A stretch of 24,732 bases of DNA. It comes from a virus. Its lineage: Duplodnaviria > Caudoviricetes. The notes under the pieces are model-generated. The model had not been told where the DNA came from. It did not search any database and was given only the letters and a program-made list of their open reading frames with translations. Location: positions 1 through 24,732 of the IMG/VR virus record IMGVR_UViG_3300012665_002105. One strand, written 5' to 3'. This document shows, piece after piece, positions 7,567-16,485 of this stretch. Position 1 is the stretch's first letter, and each line of letters starts with the position of its first letter. The position numbers and the translations under genes are program-made.

Positions 7567-7573
7567 TACTTAT
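7567..7573 (-). promoter_or_regulatory. Possible late promoter variant ATAAGTA
   Basis: Overlaps the dnaE-fragment stop, 7 nt upstream of the RBS; one mismatch from ATAAATA. Confidence 0.35.
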
Positions 7574-8085
7574 TTTAAGAACTCGTGTATATCTAAATTA
7601 TATTGCATACTGTTAATTTTATGGACACCAATTAGATATAAACAATAACTGGCTACGCTACTGCCTCGTCCAACACCCCAAACAATATTTTGGGCCCGTA
7701 AAGTATCTACCAGATATTTAAGATAATTCAATAGGTCACACATGTCATATTGAACGTACAATTCAAGTTCTTTAGTTACTCTTGCATATTGTTCTTCATT
7801 TTCACATTTGTCTAGTAAAAATTCAACAATATTAAAATCTTTGTACTCGATAGGTAAAAACCAGTCTTGTTGATTTTTCCTATCATACTGAGCTATATTT
7901 TCTGTTATTGTTTGTAACTGTGTCAAATGAATGTTTGTGTTACAAGCAGACGCAGACTGATTAAACCTATCAACGGACTGCGCATCAACATTGATAGATT
8001 TAAAGTCTAGCTCGGGATTTTGATATAGTAGGTCAATTATTTCTTGTTCAGTTCTTAGAACTTGACCATATTCATTAACTTGCAT
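7570..8085 (-). CDS. dnaE: Stand-alone N-terminal palm fragment of DNA polymerase III alpha (split C-family polymerase)
   Basis: RV.KEL...NIVWGVGRGSSVASYCLYLIGVHKINSMQYNLDIHEFLK matches DnaE RLERE...[39 protein letters not shown]; ends before the PDxDxD motif. Confidence 0.88.
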   Translation of the reverse strand: MQVNEYGQVLRTEQEIIDLLYQNPELDFKSINVDAQSVDRFNQSASACNTNIHLTQLQTITENIAQYDRKNQQDWFLPIEYKDFNIVEFLLDKCENEEQYARVTKELELYVQYDMCDLLNYLKYLVDTLRAQNIVWGVGRGSSVASYCLYLIGVHKINSMQYNLDIHEFLK

Positions 8086-8091
8086 TAAGTT

Positions 8092-8120
8092 AATATAACA
8101 GATATTTTTGTTAGTGTCAA
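8092..8120 (-). promoter_or_regulatory. sigma70 promoter TTGACA-N17-TATATT with extended -10 (TGn); predicted leaderless transcript
   Basis: TTGACA at 8120-8115 overlaps the upstream TGA stop; tgtTATATT with -10 at 8097-8092; ATG only 6 nt downstream; no SD. Confidence 0.75.
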
Positions 8121-8356
8121 CCGATATTAATTAAGCCGTCCAAATCACTGTTATAATTTGATTTGGTTTGTTCAACTCGTTGCATTTCTCTTTTGACTTT
8201 TTCTTCTCTATAACCGTCTAACAACATTACAATTTGACTTGCGGCAGTTGGACTGAATCGAGTAGCACTAAAATATTTCTTAGTCAAATCTCTAATGCCG
8301 TCATCGAGCTGTTGCTCAGTTAATGTTGTTAAATCTGGTTGTAGAGGATGAAACAT
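8117..8356 (-). CDS. Small helical hypothetical protein (79 aa)
   Basis: TAATG coupling with the upstream gene; amphipathic helical pattern (MFHPL..DLTTLTEQQLDDGIRDLTKKY). Confidence 0.75.
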   Translation of the reverse strand: MFHPLQPDLTTLTEQQLDDGIRDLTKKYFSATRFSPTAASQIVMLLDGYREEKVKREMQRVEQTKSNYNSDLDGLINIG

Positions 8357-8955
8357 TATGCCTGTAGTTTAAATGTGTCTACTACTGATACGAAAGTTGT
8401 TACACCGCCGTCTGGACTGCTCACTTTTACTAATGTGATATTTGTAGTGTTAACAGTGATGTAATTGTTACTACCAAAGCCAGCACCTAAATATACTTTC
8501 TTTGTCACAGTCCCTAATGCACTGTTAACTACACCTGATTGAAAAGATGCTTGTTTACTTGTGCCAGTTGTGCTCAACTCAATTAACACTTCACCGTTAC
8601 TACTTAGTGGCCAATAATCAACTTGGAAAACACTGGTTGAATTTGACAATGCATATCTTCTAAATTGAGATTCGGCAAAAGTAATAACGTTGGTTGCACC
8701 AGCTGATGTAAGAGCAGTTGTACTTGCAACACTCACACCTTTTAAAATAACGTTACTTAAGGTATTACTGCCCATGTCATTATTTTTAGTTTTGTCAATG
8801 GCATAGGTATTGAGATACGTAATTTCAGTTTGAGCTGTGCCCAGTGCTGTTTTGATTAGGGCAAAATTGTCTCTGAAGCCCTGTGAATCATTATCTTGCC
8901 CAGCCGCAGGAAAGTTGCTGTTGATTGTGCTGTAATTAATTGCGCTTGTTGTCAT
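8356..8955 (-). CDS. Putative virion structural protein (199 aa)
   Basis: N-terminal FPAAGQDNDSQGFRDNF plus short coiled coil, then Ser/Thr-rich beta region; ATGA-coupled to the large structural gene. Confidence 0.7.
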   Translation of the reverse strand: MTTSAINYSTINSNFPAAGQDNDSQGFRDNFALIKTALGTAQTEITYLNTYAIDKTKNNDMGSNTLSNVILKGVSVASTTALTSAGATNVITFAESQFRRYALSNSTSVFQVDYWPLSSNGEVLIELSTTGTSKQASFQSGVVNSALGTVTKKVYLGAGFGSNNYITVNTTNITLVKVSSPDGGVTTFVSVVDTFKLQA

Positions 8956-11900
8956 ATAATTTCTCTATTAGTAAACTTGATATATTTATCACCAGTGACA
9001 CCTTGTGGATTTTGAATTACTATCCTGTCAATAGTAAAGTTGAGTTGTTTAAAATCAAACCCATTTTTATTAATAATACTTACTATTTTGTCACTGTACC
9101 CAGGTTTAACATAGCAAATAGGTACTGCTTTGATAAATCCAATAGGTATTCCTGAACCATCTTGGCTAGTGTTCATCCATAATGGTCTAAATTTGTCGTC
9201 TTTTGTAAGTGCTTCAATAACTAACAAGAAATCGTCAGTTATAAACACACGTTCGGATACTGTTCCCCAGTCATCGGTATTTCCTGGACTAATGGTATCT
9301 AATATGCCGCCCCAGTCTTCAATATTTGCCAACGGGACATTTGCAAAAGTACCAGATCTTTCTAAAGTAACATTTTCTAATTCTTGTTGCATCAACGTAA
9401 TGCTACTAGGGAAAATGGTATCCAACCCTAAAGGACTTGTACTTAAATCATTCACTAGTGTTGATTCGTCAACACGTAACTTATTATAATCAGTTGTTAG
9501 TATGTCGTAATCAAACGGAAGTTTAATTTGCTGACTTACACTGATTCCGTTAATTTCATATGGGTCGACTATTTCAACATACACAAGTTCGTACTCTATT
9601 TCTCCAGCTTCATTTTTGCCAATAGCTGTCTTTATGTCGCCAAAATATAAAGGTCTGTCATAATAGTTTCTCACAACTGCTGACGCATATCGTTCTGCTA
9701 GAGTACTTTCTATTCCACCCAACAATAACATTTTTGGAGTTCTTTGAACGCCAAAACTTGTGTCATTAGAGCGATATAGATAATCGTTAATAAAGATGTT
9801 TGGATCTGTAATAAAATTGAAATACACATCTCTTGACGTTTTGTTTAAGAATGGCTGTAAGTATATATTTGTCAGTGTCTTGTTAGTATTGTTGTTGTAT
9901 GTGATTTCAAAATCTTTATCTGTGTAGCTGACATTTTGACTGTCTTTTGCACGTACTCTAAATCGAATACTTCCATCAATAGTTGTAGTGTTGTTATCTA
10001 ATGTCCAACTACTAGCACCGTATCTGTTTTGATCAATTGATGTAACAGTCTTTTTAGGGAATACAAATAAACTCCAATTGATTCTATCTGCTGTCCAAAC
10101 ACCTGTTGATATATTTTGATTAATACAAACATACATGCTATTTCCAAATGTCACAACGTCATTTAACGTATATTGTGTACTAGATTTGTAAACGCTTCTA
10201 TAGACGTATGTATTACTTGGACTAATTTTTCCAACTATCTCGCCGTCTAATGATAAACTCAATTCACTAGGTATATTTCCTAAATCCTTAATAGATACAG
10301 GAGTAGTAGCGTCAAACCCATCAAATGGAGTATTATACTTCCACCAAACATCATATTGTATGTTAGTTACAGGTGCAGTCTTATTATATGGTTTAAAGAA
10401 TACATTTGGATCAAATGATGACTTGACGTTGTAATCTAATATTTCTAACACTTTCCAAACACCGTTTACTTTTCTAGAAACGTCAAACACACCGTTTATA
10501 CGATTAACAAGTATATAGCTACCATTTGTGCCAGTTGTATTTGCTGGATAAATTGTTAATTTTGTAGGATTTATTTCAAACCAAGCCGCACCAGTTGTTC
10601 CAGTGAGATATCTGTATTCTAACACACCAAAACTACTGCTGTCTAAATCTAGCCACAAATCTCCATCAACAGGAGATGTTGACTTTGCAGTAGGAATGTT
10701 TATTGTTTGCCACTCATTTATAATTGTGTTATATTGTTTAGTAGTAAACTGTATTTTATTCTGTGTTAAGAAATATGCAACCGCTGGTTGCCCTTGATAA
10801 AACGTTGTTGCATCATAATGATTAAAGAAAGATTTAAATTCTTGTCTTTCCCATGACAGTGTAGTCTCGCTGTATTTTTTAAGTACTAAGAATAAACCAT
10901 CTGTTTTTGTATTTGTATAAGAAATTTTAATTTTTTCTGCATCATCAAATGGGACATTAAAAATAAAATATCCAGTGTTCTTTTCCTGTGCCGCTATCCC
11001 AATGGTGTTATCACTGTGTCTTAATCCTACGCTGTAATAATCTTCATTCAATGTTTTAAAACTGGCAGTAAAATTAATCAACGATACATTGATCTTGTAT
11101 GCTTGCCCTTTTTCTAAAATTAATTCTGGATTAATTCCGTATCCTTCAATGAACACTTGACCATATCTTTCATTTAATGTGATTTCTATATAATCTTGTT
11201 GTTTAGTTGATCCGTAGCCTGGAATTAGTTGATAGTTTACACTTGCACTTGCTAATGTACTTCTGGCCTGAACTTTTAACAAACTTTGCTCATTTGGTGC
11301 AAGTGTACCAATAACTGTATTAGTAATATAATTAATCTTACTTTGAATGTTGCCTTCAACTGTCATTAAAAACTGTTTAAAAGTTGCTACTGACTCTTCG
11401 CCGTCAATCATCCTAGCACATTTTACTGTAAAAATATAATCTCTAGAAATTGCAGGTTGATATGGAATCAATCCGTTTATTTCACCACCAACTGGATCCA
11501 AGTTTAAATGTGTATTGTATGGTGCAGGCAGTGTAGAATTTATATTAACAGGGCCAAATTGACTTGGACTGCCATCAAAGTTTGTTGGCATTAATGTGAA
11601 TTCAATTTCACCAACGTCTGGAGTTGGGTCAAATATTTCTAAATCAATGATAACGTTATTGTTACCTTTAACTAACGGCAATATACTGCTAGTAATCCAA
11701 ATTGGTGCTTGTACATACGTACTACTTGAGTTATATTCAATACTATCTGAACTAATAAATGTAGTGTCAGCACGTAAAGTGTCTTCGCTGTTTACAATTA
11801 TTGAATAAATTTTACTATCGGTTAATTCACCGTTACTAACTGTGACAGTGAATCTATATGTTTTACTTAAAATCTTAGGTCCAACTGTAGGTAGTCCAAA

Positions 11901-13136
11901 ACTTACTAACGGTGGAATCGCATAGTTTGCACCAGGATTTACAATGTCAATTTCTACAATACTTCCGTTAGTAACTGAAGCAGTTGCCTCTGCACCAGCA
12001 CCAGGAAGCAACATACATGTTGCAATGACTCCTACCCCAAAATCTTTTTCTTTGATGTAAATTGTTGGTGGAGTTGTGTACCCGGTGCCTGGATCAGTTA
12101 TTATGATATCCACTACCCCTTGTCCCACAATGTCATATGTAAAGAGATCAGCCGCACCGCCATCAGCAAATTGTGTTGGGACTATTGATGCGTTCCCGCC
12201 GTCAATGAACAAGTCGTCTAACCTATCGCTATCCCCGCCATCCCATGTTGATGTTTGTGAATTTTGCCCAGTTGATCCATAAACAGGGCCAAGCACTGCA
12301 TACCCTTTGGCAGTTCTTCCACCACTAACTGGACTAGGACTAAAAACTATTTCTGGAGCAACTGTGAAATTTTGACCAGGAGAAACAATATCTACGATGT
12401 CTACACTGCCGCCAATAATTACTTGGGGATCTAACAAGTAGCCATAGCCTGTGGCATTTATAGTAATACCAGTTAATACTCCATTTTCAATTGTAGTAGT
12501 GGCTGTTGCTGGCTCAATTACTGCACCGTAGTCATATGGGTTAACGTCATAATAATCTTTATCATACGCACCATTAACTATCTTAAAATCTAAATCTAAA
12601 TCATCTTTAATTGTACCATACAAAAATCCATTTTCATTTAATTTTAATCCTGGTGGAAGACTGCTTGTGCCTTCTTCAATATAAAATTTTAATTTTTGTC
12701 CTACTGGTATACTGGTTGCACTTGCTTGGAATTGAAAATTGATTGTACTATCATTTAAAACATAATTTTCATTATTATAACCAATTGCAAGATATCCTTC
12801 AGGAGTCAGTAATTCTGGTGCAGATCCGCTTAATACAGTTATATCAAAAGACCTGTCTTGAATTATTTTTGATCCACCTGGTCCTGAAAAATTACTTGCT
12901 CTAATCACAAACTCATAATTTTTATTGATATTGATGTCAATAGGAGTACCTTCAATACGTCCTATGTCATTATTGATTCGTAAACCGTTAGGCAATTTGC
13001 CAGACAACACTTCGTATTTTGAAGTATTTGTGGCAACTAGTTGCACAGGTGTAATTGCTACACCTTGACTAAAACTACCTAAATTGCCTCTTGGCGTTTG
13101 CCAAGAAGGTCTAATTGCGCCAATTGGTATACTCAT
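8952..13136 (-). CDS. Large virion structural protein (baseplate/tail-associated) with Ig-like (He_PIG-type) domains, about 1394 aa
   Basis: Ig-like motifs SGKLPNGLRIN..GRIEGTP, SLPPGLKLNENGFLYGTI, IPSELSLSLDGEIVGKI; GxGYxxxP repeats. Start moved to ATG 13136 (TAATG overlap, AGGTGG RBS). Confidence 0.8.
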   Translation of the reverse strand: MSIPIGAIRPSWQTPRGNLGSFSQGVAITPVQLVATNTSKYEVLSGKLPNGLRINNDIGRIEGTPIDININKNYEFVIRASNFSGPGGSKIIQDRSFDITVLSGSAPELLTPEGYLAIGYNNENYVLNDSTINFQFQASATSIPVGQKLKFYIEEGTSSLPPGLKLNENGFLYGTIKDDLDLDFKIVNGAYDKDYYDVNPYDYGAVIEPATATTTIENGVLTGITINATGYGYLLDPQVIIGGSVDIVDIVSPGQNFTVAPEIVFSPSPVSGGRTAKGYAVLGPVYGSTGQNSQTSTWDGGDSDRLDDLFIDGGNASIVPTQFADGGAADLFTYDIVGQGVVDIIITDPGTGYTTPPTIYIKEKDFGVGVIATCMLLPGAGAEATASVTNGSIVEIDIVNPGANYAIPPLVSFGLPTVGPKILSKTYRFTVTVSNGELTDSKIYSIIVNSEDTLRADTTFISSDSIEYNSSSTYVQAPIWITSSILPLVKGNNNVIIDLEIFDPTPDVGEIEFTLMPTNFDGSPSQFGPVNINSTLPAPYNTHLNLDPVGGEINGLIPYQPAISRDYIFTVKCARMIDGEESVATFKQFLMTVEGNIQSKINYITNTVIGTLAPNEQSLLKVQARSTLASASVNYQLIPGYGSTKQQDYIEITLNERYGQVFIEGYGINPELILEKGQAYKINVSLINFTASFKTLNEDYYSVGLRHSDNTIGIAAQEKNTGYFIFNVPFDDAEKIKISYTNTKTDGLFLVLKKYSETTLSWERQEFKSFFNHYDATTFYQGQPAVAYFLTQNKIQFTTKQYNTIINEWQTINIPTAKSTSPVDGDLWLDLDSSSFGVLEYRYLTGTTGAAWFEINPTKLTIYPANTTGTNGSYILVNRINGVFDVSRKVNGVWKVLEILDYNVKSSFDPNVFFKPYNKTAPVTNIQYDVWWKYNTPFDGFDATTPVSIKDLGNIPSELSLSLDGEIVGKISPSNTYVYRSVYKSSTQYTLNDVVTFGNSMYVCINQNISTGVWTADRINWSLFVFPKKTVTSIDQNRYGASSWTLDNNTTTIDGSIRFRVRAKDSQNVSYTDKDFEITYNNNTNKTLTNIYLQPFLNKTSRDVYFNFITDPNIFINDYLYRSNDTSFGVQRTPKMLLLGGIESTLAERYASAVVRNYYDRPLYFGDIKTAIGKNEAGEIEYELVYVEIVDPYEINGISVSQQIKLPFDYDILTTDYNKLRVDESTLVNDLSTSPLGLDTIFPSSITLMQQELENVTLERSGTFANVPLANIEDWGGILDTISPGNTDDWGTVSERVFITDDFLLVIEALTKDDKFRPLWMNTSQDGSGIPIGFIKAVPICYVKPGYSDKIVSIINKNGFDFKQLNFTIDRIVIQNPQGVTGDKYIKFTNREII
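11900..12510 (-). repeat. Four Gxx[YF]xxxP protein repeats in the 1394-aa protein
   Basis: TGYGYLLDP, PGQNFTVAP, PGTGYTTPP, PGANYAIPP; boundaries approximate. Confidence 0.75.
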
Positions 13137-16100
13137 TATGCCACCTGAGAAATGCGCCACCAGTAGTTGTTCAAATATATGAACGTAGCAGAACCATTTG
13201 GATCTACTGTACCAATGTTGACGACTCTACTTGCACCGTTAATGTTTCCACTTAGTACTAAGTATCTAGGTCTCGTGTCTAACGCATCACCGTAAACACC
13301 ACGAGATTCTATTATGATTGTTTTAATCTGTCCTTCTCTGCCTGAAGCAATTTGTGCATTAGCTAAACCTACACTTAGGGTAGCATCCAATGTTCTAACA
13401 AACGTCACGTTAGTAGTCAAGTCAACTTGCTCTGGAGTACTTGTGTTAGCGATGGTCAATGTGTCATACCCTGTAATTGACATTGTTGTACCAAGTAGAT
13501 TGAAATAACTTGATATTGCCACTGCCCCGCCAGCACCAGGAACTAGATTTAAGTCTGTTGCACTTTGCGTCTGTGTTACTGCATCGCCATCAATCTTAAC
13601 GTTGCCAGCTTTAACATATCCCGTACTAGAAGTAACATTGCCAGTTACTGGTAAGTTTCCAGTAATTTGACTAATGTTGGTCAGTGTTGAATCTAAATTA
13701 ATAGTAATTTTGTTAGTTGACGCAACAGCATTAATATTAGTTCCACCTTCAATAGTTAAGGTTGAACCTTTAGTGACTGTTATAGGGCCACCAGTGTCAG
13801 CAGTATATATATTACTCTTAACGGCCGCAGTGTCTACTGTGCTAACAGCAGTATCTACGTATGCTTTAGTAGATGCATCTGTATTAGCTGTTGGCGTTGC
13901 AAGGTTTGAAATCTTTTTAGAGCTTGCATCAATGAATGTTGTTGGTGATAAAACAATTTTACCAGCACTTTCAATAGTAGGATCACCTGTGCCAGTAGTA
14001 ACAAAATTCGTAGCACTTACTACACCTGATGTTGCTAAATCAAAATCACCAGCTAAATTATTTGCCACTGTTATAGACAACGCCGCATCAACTGATAAGG
14101 TGTCAGTATAAACAGTTAATGCATGTATTTTTCCACTAGCATCTCTTTTTACTAACGTATCACCTGTTGAAGAAATACTTTCTGCGATATCAAATACTCC
14201 AGTACTGCTAGTATAAGATATTGACTTGCTAGGTGTTACGCTAACTGAATTTCTTGCTCTAGTGTCAGTATAATATACATTTGTTGTTCCTTCAGTAACG
14301 GCATCCGTACCAAACGTAATATTGGCAGTTCCATTAAAACTTACACCGTTAATTGTTCTAGCAGTTTGAAATGATGTTGCTGTAGTAGCATTGCCAACTA
14401 ATGAACCAGTAACTGTTGCTGTAATATTACTTGAAAATTCTAATCCAGTCCCAGCAGTGTTAACTCTTACAAGTCTTTCACCTTGTCCTGAATACGTACT
14501 AGGTACATCTAACAAACTAGTAAAGAATTTTGCACCACCACTTGATGCACCTGCACTCACATACCCGCCACCAGTATATGCTCCGTAAGTTGTTCCATTC
14601 ACTGGTGTTGATAGTGTGTCGTCACTGTACAATAAGAATGTTGTAGAATCTGTTACATCAACATAATAAGAATTTCCATCAAGTTGCGGAACACCTGTGT
14701 CAGTAATTGTGACTTGTGTTTTATCAACTAGACCATGTTGATCAACGGTAGTAACTTGAATTGGAGATTGCCCAACCAACATGCCATCAATTGCAAGTAC
14801 AGAACTGCCCCCACCTCCGCCATTCCCCCAAACTAATAATGTTGCATCAGGTGTTGAACCAGGAGTTGGCACAGTTAAAACTTGTCCAGGGGATCCAATA
14901 GTTTTTGGAAATTTATATTCGTTGTAAAAACTAACATACTTGCCTGTGGCATAGTTGTTTAAAATTAAATCAGTTTCAATTTGTTCACTTAGGCCTGACG
15001 GACCATAATTTAATAATCTATTAGAAATTTCACCGCTGTTAACAGTAATTCCTGATAAGTGTACTCTACCATCTCCTGAAGCAACTAGTACATCAATCTC
15101 CACTAATGGATTTGTTGTTCTTGTTCTTACTACAAAGTCACTCCAATCTGGATCAGTATAAGTTTGCATTGAAATAAGTCCGTGAGGAATATACTCAGGA
15201 TCTAAATTTGGAATGCTTGGGTCAGTTATGTCGTTTGTAGATTCAAATATGATACCAGTGCCAACAAAAGTGCCTTGGTCACCATTTGATTGGTATGATC
15301 TAAGTCTAATAGTTTCATTGAATCCGTAATCAGTTTGTTGTTGTACTGCAAATATAGCAGTAACTGGGCCATCGTCTATTGTGCGCGGTGCATTTAAATC
15401 TACGGGTGCTGATCTAAAATTTGAGATAACAGTTAGTGGAACAACTGCACTAACAGGCGCACCTTCGATAGTTATTGAACCAACACCTGAAATAGTACTA
15501 CCTGCTAGTCCTAGACCTGCAGGCGCTAGTGTCCCTGTAATAATCCCTGACACTGAACCAATTACGTTTCCAGTGAAAGTTGCATTTGGGCCTTCAGTGT
15601 TTAATACTTCTACATCATTATCAAACAAACTATTAATATTACCAACAAGTGTTCCGTAAATATCGCTTGAACCTAATATGCTACCAATTGTTGGGGCAAT
15701 GATGGAAGTAGATGCTGTTAATGTCGTTGCAGATACTGCACCTGTTACTGTAATTCCTGTGGAATTTAATGCGGCTACTTGGGTGGCTCCACCAACAGTC
15801 AAGCTGCCGTTTATTGTGGCCGTTCCTGGATTTGGACTACCAGTGATAGGACGACCAATTGTTAATGTGTTAGCAGTAACGTATCCGTCAATAGATATAT
15901 TACCTTCAGTAGGTTGGTCAAAATTTTCACCAATATTTCCAATGTCGAAGCCATCTAAGTTTAAATTAGCCCCTAGTTGTGGTAATGAGTCATCTGCTAA
16001 CGTAAAACTACTGGTAACATAAATTTGATTACCTGATACAGAAGTTCTTGTTGTACCTTGACCCAGTATTTGTAAAGTTGAATTTGGCTGTGTAATACTC

Positions 16101-16417
16101 CAAGAGCCAGTGTTACCCACTATTGTTGAAATAGTATTGGGACTTGCGGCGGTGCTTGAAATTGTAACAATTGACCCGTTTGGATCTGCTGTGATGGAAA
16201 CACCACCGCCTGCTACCAAACTTTTAAAATTTAATGTAGTACCTGTTTTTCCGCCAGTAATTCCTACCCCTGAGCCAATGTCAGCGGCAGTGTTTGTTTC
16301 ACCACCACGGCTATCCAGCTCTTGGAAGTTTGCATTTACTTTAAAAAATGCGGATCTAAGGTCTTCACCTGTTCCGTCGTTAGCGTTAGTACCTACATTA
16401 ATATATTGAATAGTCAT
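13136..16417 (-). CDS. Tail fibre / baseplate-attached virion protein (1093 aa)
   Basis: T4 gp9/gp10-like N-terminus INVGTNANDGTGEDLRSAFFKVNANFQEL; fibre repeats (ARTINGVSFNGTANIT, EGTTNVYYTDTRAR, KISNLATPTANTDASTKAYVD); Gly/Ser/Thr-rich. Confidence 0.85.
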   Translation of the reverse strand: MTIQYINVGTNANDGTGEDLRSAFFKVNANFQELDSRGGETNTAADIGSGVGITGGKTGTTLNFKSLVAGGGVSITADPNGSIVTISSTAASPNTISTIVGNTGSWSITQPNSTLQILGQGTTRTSVSGNQIYVTSSFTLADDSLPQLGANLNLDGFDIGNIGENFDQPTEGNISIDGYVTANTLTIGRPITGSPNPGTATINGSLTVGGATQVAALNSTGITVTGAVSATTLTASTSIIAPTIGSILGSSDIYGTLVGNINSLFDNDVEVLNTEGPNATFTGNVIGSVSGIITGTLAPAGLGLAGSTISGVGSITIEGAPVSAVVPLTVISNFRSAPVDLNAPRTIDDGPVTAIFAVQQQTDYGFNETIRLRSYQSNGDQGTFVGTGIIFESTNDITDPSIPNLDPEYIPHGLISMQTYTDPDWSDFVVRTRTTNPLVEIDVLVASGDGRVHLSGITVNSGEISNRLLNYGPSGLSEQIETDLILNNYATGKYVSFYNEYKFPKTIGSPGQVLTVPTPGSTPDATLLVWGNGGGGGSSVLAIDGMLVGQSPIQVTTVDQHGLVDKTQVTITDTGVPQLDGNSYYVDVTDSTTFLLYSDDTLSTPVNGTTYGAYTGGGYVSAGASSGGAKFFTSLLDVPSTYSGQGERLVRVNTAGTGLEFSSNITATVTGSLVGNATTATSFQTARTINGVSFNGTANITFGTDAVTEGTTNVYYTDTRARNSVSVTPSKSISYTSSTGVFDIAESISSTGDTLVKRDASGKIHALTVYTDTLSVDAALSITVANNLAGDFDLATSGVVSATNFVTTGTGDPTIESAGKIVLSPTTFIDASSKKISNLATPTANTDASTKAYVDTAVSTVDTAAVKSNIYTADTGGPITVTKGSTLTIEGGTNINAVASTNKITINLDSTLTNISQITGNLPVTGNVTSSTGYVKAGNVKIDGDAVTQTQSATDLNLVPGAGGAVAISSYFNLLGTTMSITGYDTLTIANTSTPEQVDLTTNVTFVRTLDATLSVGLANAQIASGREGQIKTIIIESRGVYGDALDTRPRYLVLSGNINGASRVVNIGTVDPNGSATFIYLNNYWWRISQVA

Positions 16418-16437
16418 AAAATTCTGCCCCGTTCATA

Positions 16438-16444
16438 TATTTAT
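16438..16444 (-). promoter_or_regulatory. Putative late promoter ATAAATA
   Basis: In the intergenic gap, 20 nt upstream of the ATG of the 1093-aa structural gene; matches the T4-type late promoter core. Confidence 0.6.
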
Positions 16445-16485
16445 TTCCAGAACGTTTATAGTGAATTTGGGAAAAACTGCGTATA

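Noticed and set aside
7570-7620. Split intein, intron or frameshift continuing dnaE
   Set aside because: No intein N-terminal block follows the polymerase motif. Only 21 nt separate it from an unrelated gene with its own RBS, and no PDxDxD is apparent downstream.
1375-13160. Longer ORF-track starts at 1407, 1924, 4645 and 13160
   Set aside because: Downstream ATGs at 1374, 1894, 4612 and 13136 have proper RBSs and/or stop-start coupling, and mostly avoid long overlaps.
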